Assembly (NCBI RefSeq): GCF_006345805.1
Contig: NC_043005.1
Span: forward strand, 39,742,001-39,806,000
Source: Octopus sinensis
Taxonomy: Eukaryota
Direction: 5' to 3'
Length of the DNA: 64,000 bases
The notes under the pieces were generated by a model, which saw nothing but the letters and a program-made list of their open reading frames with translations, was not told the DNA's origin and did no database searches. Below are positions 12,878 through 23,857 of this stretch, piece after piece (position 1 is the first letter of the stretch; each line of letters starts with the position of its first letter). The position numbers and the translations under genes were made by a program.

Positions 12878-13087
12878 AACATTGAGGAAACAGATGTAAC
12901 AGCGGCCATAGATGAAATGAGCTCATGCTATGCCACTGGTCCTGATGGCTTCCCAGCTATTCTCCTAAAGTCATGTAAGCAGGCTTTAGTGAAACCACTT
13001 CAGATACTTTCCCAAAGTTTCTTTGTAAGAGGTATACTTCCTAAAAAGCTGAAATAAGGCATTATATGCCCTATCCACATGAGAGGT
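12878..13087 (+). mobile_element. CR1/L2/Jockey-type LINE RT fragment nested in the Helitron
   Basis: Reads NIEETDVTAAIDEMSSCYATGPDGFPAILLKSCKQALVKPLQIL...GILPKKLK*GIICPIHMRG (RT domain 0/1). Confidence 0.85.
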
Positions 13088-13334
13088 CTATTTATCGTGC
13101 TCCTCAAAAATACGGAAATCAACAATTCCAGTGCTTTATGGGCTAGATTTAAGAATTCGCTCTCTGAAGATTACCTTCAAATAGAAAAAAGGGCGACCAG
13201 AAACTCTAATCTTTTGATTAGCGAGAGATCAATGTCTCCTGTATTTTAAAGACAAACTTAACAACCTAGGAAAAACCCTTAGTGACTTTAACTTTCCAAC
13301 GCCAAATATTGTCGCTAATCAGGATATTGGTAAT

Positions 13335-14538
13335 TTGGAGTTATTGCATGAATTACAATACAGCAGAGAAGAGCAGCGACGATTTGTACAAGAGGAGCCA
13401 GTATTGGATAGTGAGCAAAAACATGTGTACGACTTCGTCTGCAACAGTTTAGAGAGGAACACATCTGCATTGATTTTCACTGACGTTCCAGGTGGAACAG
13501 CAAAGGCATTCCTGATTATTCCTTTCAAAACTCAAAGGAAACGGTGACCTGGCTATTGCCGTGGTGTAATCTAGCACTGCTGCAACACTGATGTCTGGTG
13601 GAATAACGGCTCATTCTAGGTTCAAAATACCGATAGCAGTGAAACAAAATGGTCTGTACAACATTGATAAAAACTCAACGATAGCAAACCTCTTCCAGCA
13701 TACAAGGCTGATTGTTTGGGACGATTGTCCTAAGATTTGCAGGGATAGCTTCGAAGCTGTTGACTTCATTTTGCATGACATATGTGACAACAATGAGGCA
13801 TTCGGTGGAATTTTGACAATTTACTGTGGTGATTTCCGTCAGCTTCTTCCGGTAGTGAAAAGGGCAAATGATGCAGACGTTGAAAAGGTATGCGTTGCAA
13901 AATCCTACTTGTGGCGAAGCTTCAAAATTTGCAGTTGAGCACAAACATACGATTGAGTGAGGGAGCAGGAGACTATTCACAGTTGGAGAAGATAAGATCT
14001 AAAAAAACTGAAAATGAGGAAATTATTTTTCCAAAAGAAATGGTTCTCCAAGCAACAACTTTGGGAAAATGCATTGACTTCATCTACTCCTCACTCGACA
14101 ATCCAGCTGAAGTATTTTCGAACAATTGCATCTCAGTATCTTTCAATACAATGATGAGAAGCATTTATTCCACCTGTATCAGACGCTTTCCTGGGACCAT
14201 AAAAGAGTACCGTTCCTATAATTCTGTGAGTGATGGTACCAATGCCGACTGAATTCCTTGATTCGGTTGAACTATCAGGACTGCTACCAAATAACCTGGA
14301 AATGAAGAAAGGATCGCCGATAATGCTAATGAGAAAATTGAATCCTCCAAACCTTTATGATGGAACGCGTATGATCGTGGAAGAACGGCACGACAATCTC
14401 ATAGTAACGAGAAACAACACTGCCGCTTTCAGAGATACGATCGTTATAATACCGATAATAACAATTACTCTAACCGAAGGAGAATATATTCCTTTGCAGC
14501 GGAGCCAATTCCCAGTTCAATCCATTAGTGAAAAATGA
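13335..14538 (+). pseudogene. Helitron PIF1-family helicase, frameshifted
   Basis: TDVPGGTAKAFL (Walker A), GGITAHSRFKIP, LIVWDDCP (Walker B), FGGILTIYCGDFRQLLPVV, GSPIMLMRKLNP.NLYDGTRM, QFPV. Confidence 0.93.
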
Positions 14539-14975
14539 TTTTATATTTTCTTTGTGAAAATGCTTGTGAATAATACTGTGAAATGACAAGTTTCACGTAA
14601 ATCACACCAACGGTTCCCAAGATATGCGTGGTTTTGGGGTACCTTTATAAATAGCCAAACCTGTGCATAATGGGAAAACATTTTGATGGTAAAGTGACAT
14701 TGCAATGTGAATACATACCAAATAAAACAAGTTTCGCTTAAATCAGACCACGAGATACGCAGTTTCTTTTCAGGTACCTTTATAAATAGCAAAACCGGCT
14801 TATAATGGGGGAAATGCTTTGAAATTAAGGTACCATTGAAATATGAATACAAACAGAATTGCACAAGTTTTGTGTAAATCGGACCATGGATTCCCGAAAT
14901 ACGCATTTTTCTTCGGGTACCTTGAACTATTGGTGATCCAACGGTTCACAGGTAGTCTAGTCCAGTATATATATA

Positions 14976-16560
14976 CTACTATCGAAAAGTTTAAGGTCAC
15001 CTACAAAAGTTTGTCTCAAAATGGAATTTTTAGTTCAATGTCATCGATTTAAATAATTTGGGGGGAATAAAAATATGGAATAACATATTGCATAAAGTTT
15101 GGAATTTATTCGATATGGAATAACACTATCTATACATGATTTACTTGCAAATAATCATGTTTCTTGACGGCAAGCCTATTTGGGAATGTTGTCAAAATCA
15201 TTTTAGCATCCACTTTTTGGCAACATTGCAATACATTTTTATTATTTAAACTCTTTATGTGCTGTCGGTTGAAATAACATCATTTAATGACAGCATTAAA
15301 TGTGTTATTGTTTCTTTTAGATTTAGTTATTAAAAATAAGTAAAATTAGTGAAACTTCTAAAAGTTAAACTTAATTTGGTCAAAACCAACAATTTATCAC
15401 TTGAAAAGAGACGAAGCATTGTCACATTACGTAGTGAAGGCAATAGTTTTCAAGATATAGTTAAGATAAAGTTCTCTACACTGCCATCTGCTTCCCCATT
15501 GTATGGTATAATGAAACAGGAAAACATAACAAGAGCTTAGTCAGGTAGTCCAAAAGTGACTTCTAAATCACAGGATAAGTTCATCAGAGTCACTAGTCTC
15601 CAAAACAGGCGCCTAACAGCAAATGAAATTGCTGCACAAATAAGTGAAGCTGGTGAAGCTAACATGTCTCCTAAAACCGTGAGGAATAGACTCAATGCTG
15701 CCGGTTTAAATGGTTGTTGTGTTGCCAGAAAATCACTGCTTCGACCTGTGAATAAAAGTAAGTGACCTATAGGGGCCAGAAAACATCACACCTGGAGCGT
15801 TGATCAATAGAAACAAGTCCTCTGGACTGATGAATCAAAGCTTGAAATCTTCGAATCCCAAAGTAGTTTATGTGAGGCGAAAAATTGGTGAACAGATGAC
15901 TCCTGAGTGTATAGGTTCAACTGTAGGGCAGGGTGGGGGAAGTGATGATCTGGAGTTGTTTTGCAAGTAAAGGGTGTTGGGGATGTTCAGCGGGTAACAG
16001 GAATATTGAATCAAAACCTGTACCACTTTATCCTCCAGCGTCATGCCAGTCCATCTGGGACGAGGCTGATCGGTGATAATTTCGATGCAAGATAACAATC
16101 CCAAACATACTTCTAAGCTATGCAAAAACTATTTACAGAAGAAAATGGATGAAAAAAGTTGACTGTAATAGAATGGTCAGCCCCCGATTTCAATTCCATC
16201 GGAATTGTATGGGATGAATTGGGTCACAAAGTCAAAAAATGACAACCAAGTAGTGCAGAAACACTCAGGACACTATTTCAAAAGGAATGGCAAAATATTA
16301 CCAACGAATATTTGTTTTCATTGCTCGAAAGAATGCCCAGAGTATGCTCCGCAGTGATCAAGGCCAAGAGCAAATATGCCCATGAGTCATTTAGGGTTTT
16401 CCACTGATTTTTCCGTTTTGTTTGGTTACTGAGTTAATTATGTCATCCAATGAATGCAATAATACATTAATAAAATATTTCACCAGAATTCCTTAGTTAT
16501 TTCCATTTTGTAAATTTGTTTCAAAATAAGTTTAGGTGATCTTAAACTTTTGGATAGTAG
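14976..16560 (+). mobile_element. Tc1-like DNA transposon, decayed, full length
   Basis: TA|ctactatcgaaaagtttaaggtcacct ... aggtgatcttaaacttttggatagtag|TA inverted termini enclosing a transposase relic. Confidence 0.9.
15376..16392 (+). pseudogene. Tc1 transposase, many stops and frameshifts
   Basis: LSLEKRRSIVTLRSEG; DKFIRVTSLQNRRLTA..TVRNRLNAAGL; VLWTDESK; QDNNPKHTS; VWDEL; MPRVCSAVIKAK. Confidence 0.9.
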
Positions 16561-16576
16561 TAGTAGTAGTAGTAGT

Positions 16577-16609
<33 letters not shown>

Positions 16610-16669
16610 AAATAGTAGTAGTAGTAGTAGTAGTAGTAGTAGAAATAGTAGTAGTAGTAGTAGTAGAAA

Positions 16670-16728
<59 letters not shown>

Positions 16729-16760
16729 ATAGTAGTAGTAGTAGTAGAAGTAGTAGTAGT
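16555..16760. repeat. (TAG)n microsatellite beginning in the Tc1 right TIR
   Basis: Direct read. Confidence 0.95.
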
Positions 16761-16769
16761 ATATGAGAC

Positions 16770-16888
16770 CGATAGTATAAGCACAAGGCTTACGAAGAAT
16801 AAGTTCTGGAGTCGATTTATTCGACTAAAAGCGGTGCTCCAGCATGGCCACAGTCAAATGACTGAAACAAGTAAAAGAGTAAAAGAGT
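16770..16888 (+). mobile_element. SINE family B, 3' tail
   Basis: tcgactaaaagcggtgctccagcatggccacagtcaaatgactgaaacaagtaaaaga. Confidence 0.85.
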
Positions 16889-17159
16889 ATACACACACAC
16901 ACACACACATATATATGTATATATATTCATATACATACATATATATATACATACTACATAATATATATGTATATATATGCATATATGTGTGTGTGTATGG
17001 GTGTGTATTTATGTATGTATGTATGTATTATGATTTCGTTTAGGCATAGTGATATTAATAACCAGTTGATGGACTTCCATATAATTATACTTCAATAGAA
17101 AGTATCAGGTGAATAAAGAATGTAATATCAATTAATGAATTAATTCATACGGTAAGAGG

Positions 17160-17161
<2 letters not shown>

Positions 17162-17252
<91 letters not shown>
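17162..17252. repeat. (TG)n microsatellite
   Basis: Direct read. Confidence 0.97.
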
Positions 17253-17255
<3 letters not shown>

Positions 17256-18029
17256 GAAAGGAGATGCTATTATATTATTCTTGTAACTTTTCAAAACAAT
17301 TGATACAGCTGGTAGAGTAACCATTATCTTTTTCCGTTCATAGACACGGACGTGAATACTTGAGATGGCAAAAATATAAAGATTTCAGAGATTTATTGTC
17401 TGAAGTGATTTGAAAAAAACTAAATTGCTCGTCAAATTGATAAATGATATTTTGACGAATGTAATTTTATATTAGCGACATATTTAGGAACTTTATTAGA
17501 AGAAATAACTGGTATTTTGTATTAAGAGAAAAGAGATGGGTATCTCTACATAAATGTTGGTTGGTTGGTTGGTTCGTTCGTTCGTTCGTTCGTTCGTTGG
17601 GTGGTTGGCTGGTTGGTTGGTTAGTCGTTCGGTCGGTCGCTGGTTGGTCGGTTATTTGCTTGCTTGCTTGCTTCACATCATAAAAGAAATTGAGAGAGAC
17701 AGCAAAAGAAGGAAACAGAGAGAGCTGCGGGTGGTAGATTTCTCATAACTTTTACAAAAAATAAACAGTTTTTAATGAAATTTTGCAGAAATAGGTTTTT
17801 AAAGGAGTAGACTACGTTTGTGTTGAGGAATTTAAGAAAAATAACGTATATTTATTGCAAATATACAAATAAGAAATTTGTTTGATTTAATTTTACTTTA
17901 AAGTAATAAATATTTTTCTCGTGAAAATTGGTATTTATTTTATTATTTTCTATATGTACCAAGATATTTGATAAAAATTAAATTATAATAATCGAATGTA
18001 TGACATGTTTCTTGATATTACCCATGGTG

Positions 18030-18085
18030 GTAAAAGCATACTTATAAAGTTACCATGGTGGGTTACTTTATAAGTATGCTTTTAC
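18030..18085. repeat. Perfect 21-bp-stem hairpin with 14-nt loop
   Basis: gtaaaagcatacttataaagt (18030-18050) / actttataagtatgcttttac (18065-18085). Confidence 0.92.
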
Positions 18086-18373
18086 TAAACTCCTAGAGTT
18101 TTTCCTAAACTCTAATTCTGTATATTTGATCTTCAGTCAGCTTTCTGAAGAAATATCCCAAGTAGAATCGAATATGTAAACTAAGATTATAGACCAAAAC
18201 TAGCGGGAGACTGAGAGTGGCGAACAATTGATTGGATACACCGGCAAGGCAAGACAGAGTGTAAATGAGAGGAAAATACACTAATTCTTGGATTATGTAT
18301 CTAATAGGATATCGGAAAAGGGGTCAAGTGGTCAATAAATAAATTTATAAGTAAATAGATTAATAAATTGATA

Positions 18374-18432
18374 TCCTGTGTGGTCTAATAGTTAGGATAC
18401 CTGGCTTTCACCCAGTCGGCCAGGTTTCGGCT
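18374..18432 (+). pseudogene. tRNA-Glu(TTC) pseudogene, 3'-truncated
   Basis: tcctgtgtggtctaatagttaggatacctggctTTCacccagtcggccaggtttcggct aligns to the metazoan tRNA-Glu-TTC consensus; anticodon at 18407-18409; acceptor 3' strand missing. Confidence 0.82.
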
Positions 18433-18477
18433 GAGCGAAAACCAAGGACCCTACTTTGATACCTGGTGCGGGTTTGT

Positions 18478-18620
18478 TTACGTTCTCGTAACTTAGCAGT
18501 TTGGCAAAGGAGAGAGACAGAACAAGTATCAGACTTTAAAATAAATACTGGGATCGATTTGTTCGACTAAACCGTTCAAGGTGGTGTCCCAGCATGGCTG
18601 CAGTTCAGTGACTGAAGCAA
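18478..18620 (+). mobile_element. SINE family B, 3' part with poly-A
   Basis: cgtaacttagcagtttggcaaag...gatcgatttgttcgactaaa...ccagcatggctgcagt..gactgaag. Confidence 0.8.
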
Positions 18621-18706
18621 AAAAAAAAAAATTTAATTAAATTAATTGATATTTGTTAGAATACAGAAACAGGATTAGTAACCGTGTATTTATTGGAATA
18701 CACTTC

Positions 18707-18962
18707 AGTGCCTTATTATTTAACACAATCACCGGTAAAGTTCCCGCTCATTTACTTATCTATTTTCCCTAAAATTTTCGTTACGGCTAGCAACCTTTTC
18801 AGTAGTCGTTGACTATGTCCGTTAGCCGAGCTGCATTCTTTTTCGGTAACGGGCAGTCAACGACTATTGAAAAGGTTGCAAGACGCAACGAACATTTTAG
18901 GAAAAATAAATAAGTAAATGAATGGAAACTTTATCGGTGAGTGTGTTAAATAATAAAGCACT
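18707..18962. repeat. ~255-bp fold-back (arms 18707-18814 / 18855-18962) with a degenerate hammerhead-like motif in each arm; Penelope-like terminus
   Basis: Arms are reverse complements; the left arm on minus reads cta-CTGAAAAG-gttgc.tagcc.gtaac-GAAA-att-t-tag. Confidence 0.8.
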
Positions 18963-19049
18963 AAAAGAGAATGACTCTCCCCAGACACAAAATATGCTTC
19001 AACACAAAACTCACATAAAGAATCTTGCAAACCAAATCCCCAAACGAAG

Positions 19050-19081
<32 letters not shown>

Positions 19082-19112
19082 CTTCAAACACTTTATAGAT
19101 ATAGATATATTA

Positions 19113-19323
19113 TTTTACTTGTTTCAGTCATTTAACTGCTGCCATGCTGGAGCACCGCCTTAAAGGGTATTTAGTCGAAGAAATCGACCTCGGGACTTAT
19201 TCTTTGTTGTACTTTTTCTATCGGTCTCTTTTGACGAACTACTAAGTTACAGGGACGTGAACACACCATTATCGGTTGTCAAGCGATGGTGGGGGAAACA
19301 GAGACACACACGCACATATACAT

Positions 19324-19400
<77 letters not shown>

Positions 19401-19549
19401 ACGGCGGGCTTCGTTCTGTTTCCGCCTAACAATTCCACTCACAAGGCTTTGGTCGGCCCGAAGCTATAGTAAAAGACACTTGTCCATGCAGCGAGGCCGG
19501 TCCCGGAACCATGTGGTTGGAAAGTAAACTTCTTACCACGCAGCCACGC
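19113..19549 (-). mobile_element. SINE family B, near full length, with internal (TG)n
   Basis: Colinear with 34795-35189. Confidence 0.92.
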
Positions 19550-20274
19550 ATATAATCTCAGCGACCGAAAGTAGGCCTATATTCATATATTCACCGCAAA
19601 CTTTTGTTGTTTCCTCCTGTTCCTCACTGTTCAAACGAAAGAAATTGAATTATGCTACGTGCGTGAATATCAATCTGTGTTTAATCATGTGTTCGTCTGT
19701 AAGTATGTGGTGTGTGTATGTATGTGTGTGTGTGTGTGTGTTTATGTGTATTTATCTCAATCTATGTCGTTAGAGAATCTCTTTCTATTATACACAAGGC
19801 CAGTTTTTTTTAAATATAAGGTGTATTCGTGCTTGTTTAGATGAAATAACCTAAGACGGAAGGTATTCAACAGTTGCATTTGAAGCTCTAACTTGGAGGT
19901 TACGTGCAGTTACAAAGCCAATTTAATGTTCAGTTTGTCTTTTAATTATTGAAATATTTACTGTAATTAAGTTCTCTGTCAGAAATCAATACTCAATCAA
20001 ATAGAGAAACACTATTCTAACAAGACTAATTTCGTGTATATAATACAGTTTACTCATGTGCGTGTAAGAGTATATTATACATTAGAATTGACACAAGCAC
20101 GTAAAAGTTATAATAATAATATTATGTATATATGCATTTATATATATATAAATGTTCATATGCATATATAATATATATAATGTGTGTGTGTGCGTGTATG
20201 TGTGTGTGTGCCTATGCTTATCGCATCACCATTAACACAAGCACATAAAACTTATAATATATATATATTTACAG

Positions 20275-20473
20275 ATAGATAAGTAGATAGATAGATAGAT
20301 AGATAGAAAGATAGATAGAAAGACAGACAGATAGATAGATAAGTACGTACGTACGTACATACATACATACATACATACATGCATGCATGCATACATACAT
20401 ACATACATACATACATACATACATACATGCATGCATACATACATACATACATACACATACATACATACATACA

Positions 20474-20505
<32 letters not shown>
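20275..20505. repeat. (GATA)n/(CATA)n compound microsatellite
   Basis: Direct read. Confidence 0.95.
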
Positions 20506-20506
<1 letters not shown>

Positions 20507-21256
20507 TGTAAACGTACTATGTAATGGTATGTGCTTAAACAAATTATTGAAAGTTTTTGGTGGGGTGATTTTTTTGTTGCTGTTGTTGCTGTTATATTAT
20601 TTTAATATATTACAGACCAAGAATGTTTGAATAAAAAATAGCAAAACGTCAAAGCAACAAAGAAATTCCAACTGAAATGCAAATCTTGAAACTTAGCAAA
20701 AAAATAAAATAAATGAAAATAAAACAAGACTACTGAAGACTATAAAAAGGAATAATCTCAATTTTTTTGTTTTAATTTTCCAATTTATATATTTTATATT
20801 TTTTCCGAGTAATTTGATAGATATTTTTCTAGTCGGATTCACTGGTAGTCTTGTGTTATTGTATGATTTCACCAGTGGCTCGCAATGTGTGGAAACAAAG
20901 TTACTTAAATGAAATCAAAGTATTGAATATAGAAGGAAGATGGAATCGATTTTCTGGTAAATAACTCTAACAAAAGAACAACTGACTGTTCTCGTGTCAA
21001 AATTTCCTTGTCTAAAAACAGAATATCAATGAATATAGAAGAAGAAAAAAGTGCTTTGAATAGATTAGATTAGTAATACAGAAAAGAAAAGTTGTAATAA
21101 TGAAAGATGGCGACCAACCGCTGATATTAATGACGTCATCATTTACGGTTCGTCCTTCACTTGAAAGCTTACAGTTTAGGATGTTACACGCTAACCTCAG
21201 TAGAAAATTTTATGTTGCACTGGAAATAAAAGCATTTTCTGTATGGGATTTGTGTA

Positions 21257-21289
<33 letters not shown>

Positions 21290-21291
21290 TA

Positions 21292-21322
<31 letters not shown>

Positions 21323-22194
21323 TGTGTGTGTGTGTGAAAGAAAAACAAAATGTGCGTGTTTGACTGTACGTATTTATTTATGCGTGTGTTTGTGTGTATG
21401 TATGAATGTGTATGATATTTTCCTTTCTGTAGGAAATAGGAATAATTGAGGAAATGGGGAACTCACCTGTTTATGAAATGAGACTCCTTCCAGGGTTCAT
21501 AAGATTAATACCACCCTCGGTCCGATATAATCTACAGCATTTTTGAGAGCGGTATCCCAGCGTGACTACAGTCCAGATACTGAAACTAGTAAAAGAATAA
21601 AAGTAAGAGAATATGGTTGGGTATTTTAAGAAGAATGCATTCAGAAAGAAAATCTCCAGTTTTATCCAGCTTATTTTCCCTTTACATAAAATAGCTGTTT
21701 GCTTACATTCAGTGATAAAACAGCTACGTAACCAAAGTTGTTCTAATTTAGATTCAGATATACCAAAATGAAAGAAACAACACAAAACTTCCCCAAAACG
21801 ATTTCAAATTAATATTCAGAAACCTTACGGCATTATTTGTTCCAATGCAAATTTTACTATCTCAGAAAGGAGATGTTTTTAAAATGGCCACCAAAGATAG
21901 AGTTAGAATTTAGTTTCAGGGATTGACCAACTATAAATAATTTCTTCCAATTCATCGAAGATACAAAATGATTCAACAACAGAAACATTTAACTGTTTAT
22001 TGTTTTAATTTCTTTCTCCCTTTATGTCTTTCTCTTTACAGTTTTCGTTAGGTATTTTAGTTTTATTGTTCTAAAAGGATAATATCAAGTTGAGTCACAT
22101 GTTTTTCGCATTTCAAGCTTAGTTAATAGTTCAAAGAAATTAGATACGAAATGCGTTTATTCATTAAAATATATCCCATCGTATTCTATTGTTT

Positions 22195-22935
22195 GTTGCC
22201 ATCGTTGTGCCAGACCCTCAATTTCTCGGTTATACCATTTGGCTGATTTAGAAGTAAAAAAACTCACTCAAGTTTGCACTTGGTCACAGTAGCAGTGTGT
22301 ACAAGGGCATTGTCATGCTGTAGGAGTGACCGTCTTCGATTGGACAATGCCGTGTAGCGGGCTTTCAATGTATCGTATACTCATTGCAGATGTTGAGCAT
22401 AAAAGCTAGCGTTCACAACATAGGCATCTAGGACAAGGTAAAAGTACAACAACCACCCGAAATTCCACCAAACACACAACATGACCTTCGTTCAAATTGC
22501 AGTTATTTGACAACAGGTTCTGAAGCCTGGCCGGAACAAAGCAACTGATTTCTCTTATTAGGATTACGAAAATAGTTCCATTTTTCATCCCCAGTTACAA
22601 TACGAAGCCAAAAACGGACATCTTGAAGATTTGCTAGCTATTGAGTGCAAAGGTTCACTTATCGTTGGGCCTGGTTATTGGCTTGTTCATGAGTCTATTT
22701 TCGACAACGCCAAGACTTTGGTGCTTTGCGAAGGATGAAGTTCTGCCGACAATGAACGCGGTTTTGTGCTTGGTTGTTGTTCAACAATTTCAAGTAAGGC
22801 ATTATCTTCCGCAAGAGAAGGTTTCTCCGACCTTGATTTGTCTCTGAGGCTGGTGCTATCTTCCTTGAAACGTTTGAATTAACTTTGTACCACACGTTTG
22901 TTGACAGTTCGTGGGCCTTCCACATCATTAATTTC
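22195..22935 (-). pseudogene. Mariner-like transposase relic
   Basis: Minus strand gives IVTGDEKW (~22580-22600) and LLQHDNALVHTA (~22290-22325), the first two catalytic Asp motifs. Confidence 0.8.
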
Positions 22936-23132
22936 TATTTCCAATACTCTTGTACTCAGTCCTTTTTTTCCGCAAATAGCATAAAATGTCTCTAATTGCA
23001 ATTTTTTTAACTACTCATTATGAAAACTATAAAATAAAATATTTGTTACATATGAAAAATAAAATATTTGTTACAAGCAAATTAGCTAGTTTAGGAAATC
23101 TCTATAAGAGATGAAAGCAGTACTTATACTGA

Positions 23133-23857
23133 GAAGCAATGTTTATCGCCATTTAAACATGACTGTTCTGTAAGAACCGACATTACTGCCATTTTAACCA
23201 CAGGAGAACGCCTCCTCCAACTAATTATTCGATGCAATCTGCACTTGATATATATTGCAAGCAGGGGAGTGAACTCCTACCATCTAGCCATGAGACTTCC
23301 GAGTATAACTACAAAGAGGTCGAAGGCATGTGGTCTGGTGGTCCTGTGGCTAGAAGATGGTAATATATTCCTTGCAATATATAGCGAGTGCAGATTGCAT
23401 CGAATAACCAACTGGAAGATGCATCCGTCTAGGATTAAAATGACAGTAATAGTGGTTCCTACAGAACAGCCATGTTTAAGTGGCGATAAACATTACTTCC
23501 TAGTACAGTTACGACTTTCATATCTTATAGTGATTTTCTCAACTAGCTAACTTCCTTGTTACAAGATTAGTGTCTGTATGTCACCTGTTTTCAATATATC
23601 ACGAGCTTGAGTGAACTATAGCTATCTCTAGTGGATGAGTATCCATCACAGAGGATGACCACAAAGAGGACGAAACCGTACGGTCTGGTGGTCTCGTGGC
23701 TGAATGATGGTAGGGGTTTACTCCCCTGCTAGCAATATGTAGCGGGTGCAGATTGCATCGAATAACTACCATGAGAAGACGTCCTCCTGGGATTAAAATG
23801 ACAGTAATGTCGCTTCATACGGAACAGCCTAGTTTAAATGACGATAAACGTTACTTC
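23133..23857. mobile_element. Penelope-like pseudo-LTR cluster: one inverted (23133-23296) and two direct (23341-23499, 23691-23857) copies of a ~160-bp unit
   Basis: Shared gtgcagattgcatcgaataac...ggattaaaatgacagtaat...gaacagcc..gtttaa.tg.cgataaac.ttacttc; each direct copy is preceded by a hammerhead-like motif. Confidence 0.75.
23643..23691 (+). ncRNA. Minimal type I hammerhead ribozyme-like motif (U4>A variant, probably inactive)
   Basis: ccatca-CAGAGGA-t-gacc.acaaaga.ggac-GAAA-ccgtacgg-TC-tggtgg: stem I ccatca/tggtgg, palindromic stem III. Confidence 0.7.

Larger units (their letters stand above)
10549..14960 (+). mobile_element. Decayed autonomous Helitron (5' boundary approximate)
   Basis: AT-rich ~90-bp subterminal repeats; N-terminal CC..GKV motif; PIF1 helicase motifs; 3' hairpin gtgatcc-aac-ggttcac (14933-14949) then CTAG (14957-14960) followed by T. 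Confidence 0.85.

Noticed and set aside
13335-14538. Host PIF1 helicase gene
   Set aside because: Intronless, multiply frameshifted, and flanked by a Helitron N-terminal motif and a hairpin-CTAG end.
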